Below, piece by piece: positions 25,241 to 36,241 of a DNA stretch of 64,000 nt. Each line of letters opens with the position of its first letter. Position 1 is the first letter of the stretch. Position numbers and translations under genes: made by a program. Origin of the DNA: Macrostomum hystrix. Taxonomy: Eukaryota > Animalia > Platyhelminthes. Location: the NCBI GenBank assembly GCA_950097015.1, contig CATNEN010000031.1, positions 3,410,001 to 3,474,000 on the forward strand, in the 5' to 3' direction. A model generated the notes under the pieces. It was not told the origin of the DNA, made no database searches, and saw only the letters and a program-made list of their open reading frames with translations.

Positions 25241-26292
25241 ACCATTGACAGCAAACGTTAAAACAAAACTGAATAGTTTGTTTTAAAAATGTGGTCCTAC
25301 ATGCTATGGGCACAATTTTCGGAGAAACAAAACAAATTTTATAATTTTATAATTACTTAAGACTTATAATAAACTATCCGATTTCAACGATTGATTGCCT
25401 TTGACAACGAGAATTGTGTAGTGTTGAGTTGAACTACAGCCTAGTAATGAAAAGTTCTATTTTAAGCATAAGTCCTTAAGTGCTGTCTGACCTTATTTCA
25501 AAGTTTCAGTAAGCGTTGCACGGTGCTCTGGCTTGTATATGTATGTCAATCTGTTCAGGAATATAAAATATTCCTGCAGGCACAGTGGCTTGTGATACCT
25601 ATCTTTATATATTTGTACTCACTTGTAGTGGTACTTAAATTAATAACATTTACAGTATGAATTTTATTAGCTTAAGCCTTCTGGCCCTGGTTTATATATA
25701 TTGTCAAGAGACTATAAAAATATATGGAGCAGGTATGTTTGTCTTCATTTTTATAAATATTTATAGATTTTTTTAATTCTATCACTAGCTAGCTTTTGTC
25801 ATTTGTCATTGTACTTAAAATCTGAACTCTGTCACGGTGACTGCACTGACTAGGCCACTGTGCGACCATAATTTAGTTTGAAGACCTTGCCTATTTGCCT
25901 CTTTAGTATCAGATTCATAATGAAAGAAGAGGTAATATTTAGTTTAATTAAATAAAATTAAATATCTTCAAATGTATTTATTTAGGCCTACTACTTTACC
26001 ATTTAATATTTAATACCAGCTAGGCCTATAGGAAATTTACATATGTATAGCCTATAACCTGCAGTCCAAAGGAAGTAAAGCACCAGCTTATGATAAAAAG
26101 TATTTTTATAACCACTTCTCTATTCAACATTTGCCAAAATGGTCATTTGAATTTCTACATGTTTGTCTACTTTGATAATCTAGAAAGCTCATATTGGCGA
26201 TCTTTCGGTTTCCTGCTCTAAATTATTTAAACTCTTTTTTTCTAACTTTTCAAAGTTGTTCAGGTAAAGTTCAAGGTAAGTAAAATATTATG

Positions 26293-27553
26293 TTAATTAT
26301 TAATTAGACTGGATAGTAGTGGGTGATTCAGTATCTCTAGGATGTTGCTAAAGTGATGTTCAGGGAAAGCTTGATGCCACATGAACTCCTGCAGGTAAGT
26401 TTCAAACAGGTTGTCGCTTGTTCCATGCATCGCTCAAAATTTGGCTTTACAATTCCCCCACATTCCCTCAACAGTATTTGTGTGAGCTGCTGGGTTGTTA
26501 GGGTCCCAGAAGTGCAATGACAGTCAGGTGATTGGCCAATGTGTTATAGGCAGCCCATTGGTCCATAATTATGCTTGTTCCTGAGAGCATGGTCTGGCTG
26601 ATTATGGGCATAAGGCTGTTGGCTGAGCAATTGGGAACAACAGCCAATGAGCACATAACATGCGCAACCTCCCAAATCTTAGCTGGCCATGCGACTTAGT
26701 TTTTGCTCTATTCACAACTTAGTTTGCTCTCATTTGCGACTTAGTTCGTTTCATTGCTCTATTTACGACTTAGTTTGCTCTCATTTGCTCTCTTTTTCTC
26801 TCCCCTTTTTCCTTTTCTTCATGCCTTCCTTTTTTGTCCCTTGGTCCCCCCTTTGATTTTTTTGCGCTTGGTCAATTGGTTTTTGCGTCTTACCTTGATT
26901 GGCCCTCGTTTCACCCAGCTGGTTCAGCCGGGTCGGCTGGGTGTTGCGCATGTATGAATGAGCAGCAACCTGTACCTCTCTCAACCATTCCAAGCACCAA
27001 TGACCTTCGTGGTACTGGCCCTGATGGTACTTGTGGTGTATAAATTTGGACTCATCAATTCATCAACTCATCAACCACCCAGCTACATTGGATGATCCAG
27101 CAGGTACATGGCGCAAATGTTGCGGATGAAATTCAGCCAATCTACCACAGTTTCACATCCGATTTGCACCTCTGTCCTAATGTCTTCAGCCCTCAAGATC
27201 TTTGACCAGAAATAGATGATGTCGATAATCTGGATCAGTGACAGATGGCTCCCTTCAAAAAAGGAGCCCTTTCGAATTGAATGGTGCCTCTTGCACTGCT
27301 TGCAGGACCAGCGCCAGCCATCGATGGAGTCCTCACCAAGATGTCACTGAAGTGACATAGCAATGTCACAGGTCTCGCAATTCTTGCTAGTCGCAAGCAG
27401 GTGGTGCCTCGCCATCCAACGCATCGCCTCATCAAAATTGGGCACCAATGCAACTAGTCCTCGATGTTTGACATCAATGTCACACAGAACTATGCTGTTG
27501 AGGACTTTGGCGACTGGGACAATGGTCTGTGGCGCAGGAGGTCGACCAGCCAT
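26293..27553 (-). pseudogene. Merlin DDE transposase pseudogene
   Basis: CETC...CKQC zinc ribbon, SIRKGSFFEGSHLSL, TVVDWLNFIRNIC, DESKF..KYHQG...GHW(V)LGMVERG, VVPNCSANSLMPII..SIIMDQWAAY, AHTNTVEGMWG..YLQEFMW. Interrupted by in-frame stops, frameshifts and a MITE. Confidence 0.9.
26654..26956. mobile_element. 303-bp MITE (hAT-like) nested in the Merlin transposase
   Basis: TIRs CATAACATGCGCAAC (26654-26668) and GTTGCGCATGTATG (26943-26956). 8-bp TSD AATGAGCA (26646-26653, 26957-26964). Removing it rejoins GTGCCS-LAVVPN of the transposase. Confidence 0.85.
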
Positions 27554-28433
27554 TCTGGCAGTAGCTGAAAAGTAAAAAAAAGTGTTAAAAATGTAGAGCT
27601 GGAAACCGAAAGATCGCCCTCATATTAGCTTCACATTTTGCCCCCTTTTTACTCTATCATTGTTCTATCATACATTAGCTTCTAAGCTACCAATAATGAA
27701 ATTGTTATCTATAGACTGTTAGTCAACATTATTTTGCAAACAGATCTATTTGCTGTTATTCAAAGAAAAATAATGCTTTATTTGTCAACTGTGAAATTTA
27801 GTTTAATGGACTAAATAAATTTTAACAATGGGTTGAAAATTGTTTATAAACATAGCCTATAGCTACTAATTTTGTTAATAAACAAAATTTCTACTCAATG
27901 GCTTGCATTTTATAGAGTTCTGTCTCTCTTTTATGTTTGCTTTCCTTTTTTCAATCTTTTTATTTTTTTGTATGGGTTATATTTAGTGTGTTATCTAATA
28001 TGTTTTGGATTTGCCATTAATCTATATTTTTTGTTTAGGCAGGAAAAAACTGTTTTGTACACATGATTTAATTTTAAATAATACTAAAATTACACACTAT
28101 TATTGACTTATAGAGTTTAATATAGCAGCTTGGCCTATATAGCTTAAATCAAGTTTTTACAAGTGATGGATTGGATAGCTTTTTGCTTAATGTAACTATT
28201 AAGAAGAATCTGTTTAAAATTCGACTGAAAGTATCATTATTTATTTGAGTTTGTAATATTTGCTTTCATTTGTACTAGAATAGCATTATTGTTTTCATTT
28301 CAATGGCATTATTAATATGACAAATATTATATTCCACCAAATTTCAGAGACCTGACTAGCTGCTATCTGCATTTTCATCAAATTCAAATCTCACTTCTCT
28401 GCTAAAGCTGTAAATTTAAATCAGCATTGTAAA

Positions 28434-30732
28434 ATGTCCAGCTCCGCCTCGCCTCCCCGTCACTTCGTCCCCGGCCCACTGATTGAGCGGCAGTTGCGCC
28501 GCCTGGCCCAGCACGAGTACAGCGCCTCAGGCAGCTCCCTGATGGAGTTCATCATGCAGCCATTCTGGCGCCACTTGCTCAGCCTTGTACCAATGTGGGC
28601 TGCGCCAAATGCGCTGACTCTAACCGGATTGGCGCTCAATGCTAGCAGCGCCGGCCTCTTGCTGTGGTACTGCCCGGAGGCCAGGCAGAGCCCTCCAGCT
28701 TGGCTCTGTGTCTACGCCGCCGTGGCTCTGTTCAGCTACCAGACATTGGATGCGCTTGACGGCAAACAGGCTAGGAGGTAATTGCTAATGACAATGCGAA
28801 TTCCTTAACCATAAGTATGATCTCCATGATCACCTTTAGATTCCCTCTGACCTCCAGAATAATAATACTCGTAATATAATATTTGCAGGAGGGTTGCGGA
28901 CAATGGCACATAATTTCGTGACAGTTGACCCGCAGCCAGCGAGGAGGCAATTCTGCCCATTCCACTGAGTCCTGACCACACACGCACACAGATACTGTAC
29001 GCAGGCACTCGCTCACACATGTGTGTACATCTGCCCTGACTTTCTCATCGTCAGACAGTGTACACGTTCGCAGTGGCTTGGAGGTTGGCCCTCAAGTGTG
29101 TCAATTGCAAGACAAGCCCCCAAGCCTTCTCTCCGCGGCTGCGCCATAAATGAATGCGGCCTCGCCGCGGAATCGAGCTCAGGGACCTTTGTGTGTGAGG
29201 CAAACGCGTTAAACGCTCTGCCACCAACCCCCTGACTTCCAGAATCTCCTTCATCACCTTGAGATTCTCTCTCTCCAGAATCTCCTTAAGCATTTTGTGG
29301 ATTAAAAAATACAGAACATCTAGTCTCAGAGCATCTTGGGCCTTAAAATTAGCTCTCGGAAATAAACTTATACAGGACCAACACCGCTAATCCATTGGGC
29401 GAGCTCTTCGACCATGGCTGCGACGCGGCCAACACGCTGTTACTGTGCGTGTGTGTCTGCATCTCGGCTGGCTTTGGTCACGAGCCGCATCTGCTATTAT
29501 TTATGGTCGGAGCACCGCAGACTGTGTTCTTTATGGCTCACTGGGTCGGCTACAACACTGGCCGGCTGCAATTCGGCTATGTTGACGTCACCGAAGCTCA
29601 GGCTGCAGCCATTGCTGTGTTTATAGTCACCGCCTGGGTGGGTATTGATATCTGGGCAGTGCAGCCGGCTGCCAACCTGCTGCCTTGGTTGCGAGTGCGA
29701 CACTGCTTGGTAGGAGAATTTCCAGTGTTTTATTACCTCAGACGCTCATGAAATTCCCGCATTCCTCAGATGCTCAGGGTGAAATTCCCGCATTCCTCAG
29801 ATGCTCAGGGTGAAATTCACGCATTCCTCAGATGCTCAGGGTGAAATACACGCATTCCTCAGATGCTCAGGGTGAAATTCCCGCATTCCTCAGATGCTCA
29901 GGGTGAAATTCCCGCATTCCTCAGATGCTCAGGGTGAAATTCACGCATTCCTCAGATGCTCAGTGTGACACTCATTCCTCAGATGCTCAGGGTGAAATAC
30001 ACACATTCCTCAGATGCTCAGGGTGAAATTCCCACATTCCTCAGATGCTCAGGGTGAAATACACACATTCCTCAGATGCTCAGGGTGAAATTCCCACATT
30101 CCTCTGATGCTCAGGGTGAAATTCCCGCATTCCTCAGATGCTCAGGGTGAAATTCCCGCATTCCTCAGATGCTCAGGGTGAAATACACACATTCCTCATA
30201 ATGAGCACCTAAATGAGCATACTGAATTAATCTCGGCACACGTCTCACATCCTGTCAACAGCCAATCTTCACCGTGGTCGCCTCAGTTCCGCTCCTTATC
30301 CGCCTGTCGGTCTCCCTGCTTAGTCCCGCCGGTCGTCGCAGCGTTGCCGGCACTAGCCGCCTTGGTCCCGGCCTGTGCTGGTCGGCGCTAGCCATGCTGA
30401 TCGGCTTGTCCGCCGGAGTGGCCGTTCTTAACGGTGCCCTGTATCGCCGACCCTGCCTGCTAGCTATCGCCCTAGGCCTGCCGGCTGTCAAGACTTGCCA
30501 ACGTTTAATAGTCGCTCAGATGACCCGCTCGGCGATTCGTACCCTCGACCTAGGCCTAATCTGGCCTGTTCTACTAGCCGGCGGACTGCGTTTCGGATCT
30601 CTGATTGGTTTGGACGAAGGTCTGGCCGTGTGGATTGTCATCACTGGCGCCGCTGTCGATTGCCTAATTTATTCTAGCCGGGTTTGCAGGCAAATCGCCG
30701 CTTACCTTGGCATTCGAGTGCTGCGTATTTGA
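28434..30732 (+). CDS. CEPT1: Choline/ethanolamine phosphotransferase (CDP-alcohol phosphatidyltransferase); exons 28434-28777, 29376-29709, 30262-30732; ~382 aa
   Basis: LRRLAQHEYSASG..WAAPNALTLTG, catalytic motif [30 protein letters not shown] across intron 1, VDVTEAQ, and RLIVAQMT...VCRQIAAYLGIRVLRI. CEPT1 versus CHPT1 not resolvable. Confidence 0.93.
28865..29232 (-). mobile_element. tRNA-derived SINE (family B) in CEPT intron 1
   Basis: Head GGGGGTTGGTGGCAGAGCG (A-box) ... GCTCGATTCC (B-box-like), ~370 bp, TAT-rich tail. Flanked by CTGAC[C/T]TCCAGAAT near-duplication (28847-28860, 29232-29245). Alignable over its length to 49071-49437. Confidence 0.85.
29737..30197. repeat. 31-bp minisatellite, ~14 copies, CEPT intron 2
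   Basis: Unit attcctcagatgctcagggtgaaattcccgc. Confidence 0.95.
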
Positions 30733-30870
30733 GTCGCATTGTTCGGCTTCTATTTACTGAAACTTCAGTATTTGAGATTCTCTTTCACTTGAACTTCTTA
30801 GTTTTAATTAGCTTTGAAATTTGCTTTTTTCTATGTTTCTTTAGTACGAGCACATAATTTGTCTGTCCTA

Positions 30871-32228
30871 GACAACTGTACTAGATGGATTGTGAGGTGG
30901 ACACCTGTACTAGATGGATTGTGAGTTGGACACCTGTACTAGATGGATTGTGAGGTGGACACCTGTCCAGATGGATTGTGAGTTGGACACCTGTCCTAGA
31001 TGGATTGTGAGGTGGACACCTGTACTATATGGATTGTGAGGTGGACATCTGTACTAGATGGATTGTGAGTTGGACACCTGTACTAGATGGATTGTGAGGT
31101 GGACACCTGTACTAGATGGATTGTGAGGTGGACACCTGTCCTAGATGGATTGTGAGTTGGACACCTGTCCTAGATGGATTGTGAGGTGGACACCTGTACT
31201 AGATGGATTGTGAGGTGGACACCTGTCCTAGATGGATTGTGAGGTGGACACCTGTCCTAGATGGATTGTGAGGTGGACACCTGTACTATATGGATTGTGA
31301 GGTGGACATCTGTACTAGATGGATTGTGAGTTGGACACCTGTACTAGATGGATTGTGAGGTGGACACCTGTACTAGATGGATTGTGAGGTGGACACCTGT
31401 ACTAGATGGATTGTGAGGTGGACACCTGTACTAGATGGATTGTGAGGTGGACACCTGTACTAGATGGATTGTGAGGTGGACACCTGTACTAGATGGATTG
31501 TGAGGTGGACACCTGTACTAGATGGATTGTGAGGTGGACACCTGTCCTAGATGGATTGTGAGTTGGACACCTGTCCTAGATGGATTGTGAGGTGGACACC
31601 TGTACTATATGGATTGTGAGGTGGACATCTGTACTAGATGGATTGTGAGTTGGACACCTGTACTAGATGGATTGTGAGGTGGACACCTGTACTAGATGGA
31701 TTGTGAGGTGGACACCTGTACTAGATGGATTGTGAGGTGGACACCTGTACTAGATGGATTGTGAGGTGGACACCTGTACTAGATGGATTGTGAGGTGGAC
31801 ACCTGTACTAGATGGATTGTGAGGTGGACACCTGTACTAGATGGATTGTGAGTCGGACACCTGTCCTAGATGGATTGTGAGGTGGACACCTGTACTAGAT
31901 GGATTGTGAGGTGGACACCTGTACTAGATGGATTGTGAGGATGACACCTGTCCTAGATGGATTGTGAGGTGGACAACTGTCCTAGATGGATTATGAGGTG
32001 GACACCTGTACTAGATGGATTGTGAGGTGGACACCTGTCCTAGATGGATTGTGAGGTGGACACCTGTACTAGATGGATTGTGAGGATGACACCTGTCCTA
32101 GATGGATTGTGAGGTGGACACCTGTCCTAGATGGATTATGAGGTGGACACCTGTACTAGATGGATTGTGAGGATGACACCTGTCCTAGATGGATTGTGAG
32201 GTGGACACCTGTCCTAGATGGATTGTGA
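30871..32228. repeat. 29-bp minisatellite, ~47 copies
   Basis: Unit ctagatggattgtgaggtggacacctgta, starting ~140 bp after the CEPT stop. Confidence 0.97.
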
Positions 32229-32732
32229 TGGATAAAAGAAAAATGTTAACATTTTGTGTTGATTTTAAATTGCTTTGTTGTAAATCAAAGATTATAATAA
32301 TTTAAAATTTTATTGCTGTTTAGTTATAAAGAGTTTAGGCAGTGTTGTGCCTCGTATTTTACATTATTGTGTTATTTTACAACAATAGAAATGTTATTCT
32401 GTGTTGTCTCCTAGCGTTGTTTTGCAATTGATCCTTATTTAGTTAATCCAGCTTACCACACGCTTATGTTTCTCATTGCGAGGCGGTATACTTAAATGAA
32501 AAAATAAAACTTTATGTTCCATAACCACACACTAATTTATTGACACCTGTTTTGTAAAAATATTTTTGTCTCTCAATCTACTCCTAGTAGTAAAAATAGC
32601 TGATTTTATCAGCCCGCTTGTTTTTTAATAATCGTCTTGAGCGTCAGTCACGATACTCGCAATACTTCATTTGCTTTTTTAGTCATTGGCTTTGGCTTGC
32701 ATTTCTACTGGATTGTGAGTAGCTCATTTGGT

Positions 32733-33612
32733 TTTGGGGATTCCCCATCAGTATGTCGTTCAGTATATGGAAATTCCCCATCAGTATGCTATTTGGTTTT
32801 GGGTATTCCCCACCAGTCTGCAATGTTGTATTGCGGATTCCCCATCTGTATGAAATTTACTTTTGAGGATTCCCCCCCCTGTATGGAATGTAGTTTTAAG
32901 GATTCCCCATCTGCATGAAATGTAGTTTTGGGGATTCCGCATCTGTATGAAATTTAGTTTTGAGGATTCCCCCCCCTGTATGGAATGTAGTTTTAAGGAT
33001 TCCCCATCTGCATGAAATGCAGTTTTGGGGATTCCTCATCTGTATGAAATTTTGTTTTGAGGATTCTCGATCAGTATGTCGTTCAGTGTATGAGTATAAA
33101 ATTCGGTATTGGGGATTCCCCATCACTATGCAATTTAGTATTGGGGATTCCCTATCGGTACGCAATTTAGTATTGGGGATTCCCTATCGGTACGCAATTT
33201 AGTATTGGGGATTCCCTATCGGTATGCAATTCTGTATTGGGGATTCCCCATCGTTATGCAATTTAGTATTTGGGATTCCCTATTGGTATGCAATTCTGTA
33301 TTGGGGATTCCCCATCGGTATGCAATTTAGTATTTGGGATTCCCTATTGGTATGCAATTCTGTATTGGGGGTTCCCCATCAGTATGCAATTCGGTATTGG
33401 GGGTTCCCCATCAGTATGCAATTATGTATTGGGGGTTCCCCATCAGTATGCAATTCGGTATTGGGGATTCCCCATCAGTATGCAATTCGGTATTGGGGAT
33501 TCCCCATCAGTATGCAATTCGGTATTGGGGATTCCCCATCAGTATGCAATTCGGTATTGGGGATTCCCCATCAGTATGCAATTCGGTATTGGGGATTCCC
33601 CACCGGTATGCG
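32733..33612. repeat. 32-bp minisatellite with palindromic GGGGATTCCCC core
   Basis: Unit tgcaattcggtattggggattccccatcagta. More divergent variants on the left, homogeneous on the right. Confidence 0.92.
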
Positions 33613-34514
33613 GTTCTTAACTACCTATTATGAATTAAACAATGCATATTACAATCAGAGCCTGGCCTCTTTATTATTCTGGCATTCCCTAAATAAATTC
33701 AGGCCGGGGGGATGTGGTCAAGCTTTATTTTGTTCACAACGATAGCCACATTCAGTAAATCTTTTGGTATTGCTTTTATCAATAGCTTCCTACAGAACGC
33801 GCTACCAGTCTGTATTGAAGTTAGGTCACATTTTTTTAGTTTGTCACAACAGCTAGCTGGCTTTGTTTAATTAATGTACTTAGATTTTACTTACTCGAAG
33901 ATGCACAGCTTTTTTCTTTTGTTTTTTTTCGATACGCACGTACTTGGTTTTTGCAGTCATTATAAAATGTGTGCAATAACAATAAAATAGATGTCTAATC
34001 TGTCATATCAGTATTGGGTAAATAATGTAAATAATTACTACCGATTGAATTAATCTGTAACAATCTATTGATAATATTAGAGTGGAATAAATTGATAATT
34101 GATCACACCCATTAAGGGATCATGTGGATTATCCAGATTATGCAAAATGGAATGTATTACAACACGCATTCACAAATAAAGTTGTTAAATGCAATCACAG
34201 AATTTTATGGTTAGTAAACCTAGTCAAAGCCTTCTTTGGTTTTAGACTGTGGCCTTTAGGGGGCCAGGAGTTGACTGAATTGCATTTTATGTGCAAGGCT
34301 TTGTTCACAACGATAGCCACATTCAGTAAATCTTTTGGTATTCCCCATCTGTATCTTCCTTACTGAGCCTCATTTGGAGCGAGCTCTGAATACGATATAG
34401 GGGCATGCTTGTATTCACAGCCAATGCTCCTTTGTCTCTGGTAGAACCTTCGAGCGCGCATCAAAGCAATAGCCCACAATCTGCACCATCTCAGGTCGGC
34501 AGCCTACCAAGTCT

Positions 34515-35105
34515 CATCCCCTGTGTCATATCCACCCTGTTTCAACACTGCCCTGCCTCATCTCTCCCCTGCCTCATCTCTCCCCTTCCTTATCTCTCCC
34601 CTGCCTCATCTCTCCCCTGCCTCATCTCTCCCCTGCCTCATCTCTCCCTGCCTCATCCCTCCCCTGCCTCATCTCTCCCCTGCCTCATCCCTCCCCTGCC
34701 TCATCTCTCCCCTGCCTCATCCCTCCCCTTCCTTATCTCTCCCCTGCCTCATCCCTCCCCTGCCTCATCTCTCCCCTGCCTCATCTCTCCCCTGCCTCAT
34801 CTCTCCCCTGCCTCATCTCTCCCCTGCCTCATCCCTCCCCTGCCTCATCTCTCCCCTGCCTCATCCCTCCCCTGCCTCATCTCTCCCCTGCCTCATCCCT
34901 CCCCTTCCTTATCTCTCCCCTGCCTCATCCCTCCCCTGCCTCATCTCTCCCCTGCCTCATCTCTCCCCTGCCTCATCCCTCCCCTGCCTCATCTCTCCCC
35001 TGCCTCATCTCTCCCCTGCCTCATCCCTCCCCTTCCTTATCTCTCCCCTGCCTCATCCCTCCCCTGCCTCATCCCTCCCCTTCCTTATCTCTCCCCTGCC
35101 TCACT
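34515..35105. repeat. Pyrimidine-rich 16-17 bp minisatellite
   Basis: Units cctgcctcatctctcc(c) / cctgcctcatccctcc; related to arrays at 1-681 and 40765-41222. Confidence 0.95.
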
Positions 35106-36241
35106 CTCTCAGCTTCTTACTTACAAAAATGCAATTATCCCTGAGTAAACCAGTATTAGAGGATTTTAATTAAACAGCATCTCTACTTGTATCTCTGGGC
35201 TTGATTTGCAATCTAAGAGAATAAAATATTCCAAAGTCATGTCAATCGAAATACAAGCTGTGTGTAGGCCGTCAAAGCAGCAGAAACTAAAAAAAGAACT
35301 TTTTAAGTCGGAGTTCCTGATTTACTCCAAAATTTACTCATTTTACTATCGGATTAGATGAGCATTCCAGTAAAAAATACCTTGCTTCTGTGTTGTTTCT
35401 TTCAGCTGCACAATTTACTCGTGAGAAAAAGAAATTAACAATTTTGACCTTATGAGTAATTCAAAGTGTTCTTCTAAAACAGTGAACCACCGTTAAGTCC
35501 ATTGGACTCTATGGAAATCTTTAGCAAGCTCACAGCATGTGGAGTCTTAGGAAGTGCCTCAGATTTTCGCAGCTGTCAATAAAGTCAATAAAGTCTTTTT
35601 TCTTGAAAAAATGAATATGCTCAGCAATAATTAAGATTTACAGTGCTGCGGTGGCAAGGCAGGTGGTTGGATTTGATATGGAGAGAGAATAGGAAGTCCG
35701 CAATTCGTGCTCAAGGAACAGCTGCGTGATTGTAGAGACAATGAGAGGCGACAGGCAATTATTGCCGCTGTCACCGGGGGTGAGTGTGCTCAAAGGTGAC
35801 TCGGCTCCGGCCCCCCTTATAAAGAGTGATGCGAAATCAAAAGGAATTGCCAGTCAAAGCCATCTCGGGGAAATGGTCATTTTTCGCGCTAATAAAAAAG
35901 TCAAGAAGGAAGGCTGCTGAAGGAAAATTCGCGGCTCGCAGCAAAAGCCAACCGGATCAGATGCTCTCAGGTGTGCTCACAGGCATTGGCAGTGAGCAAG
36001 TTGATTTTTCAGCAGGCCTTAGACAAGCCTTTGAACTAGATGATAGAAAAGGTGAAAGCTGGAAATGCGTCTGGCGGGCAGCTCATTATCCGGCCGAGGC
36101 CTCGTTGCTGGGTCCTGATTATTCCATGCAGTCTGCAGCCTCTCTAATTGCATCGCTAAACTGAGGAAAGTCTGGCGAACGGCACAAATAATAATTCCCG
36201 AGTCGACAGAACGGCAGATGTGCACAATGGCCAGCCTCCCC

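Larger units (their letters stand above)
26196..27618 (-). mobile_element. Merlin-superfamily (IS1595/ISXO2-like) DNA transposon, full extent, defective
   Basis: 25-bp TIRs GGCGATCTTTCGGTTTCC[T/A]GCTCTA at 26196-26220 and 27594-27618 (1 mismatch). 8-bp TSD CTCATATT at 26188-26195 and 27619-27626. Internal transposase remnant. Confidence 0.93.

Noticed and set aside
32637-35173. Long ORFs with repeated peptides ([22 protein letters not shown]); likewise 326-607, 40701-41282, 41776-42587
   Set aside because: Translations of tandem arrays with no splice or expression evidence.
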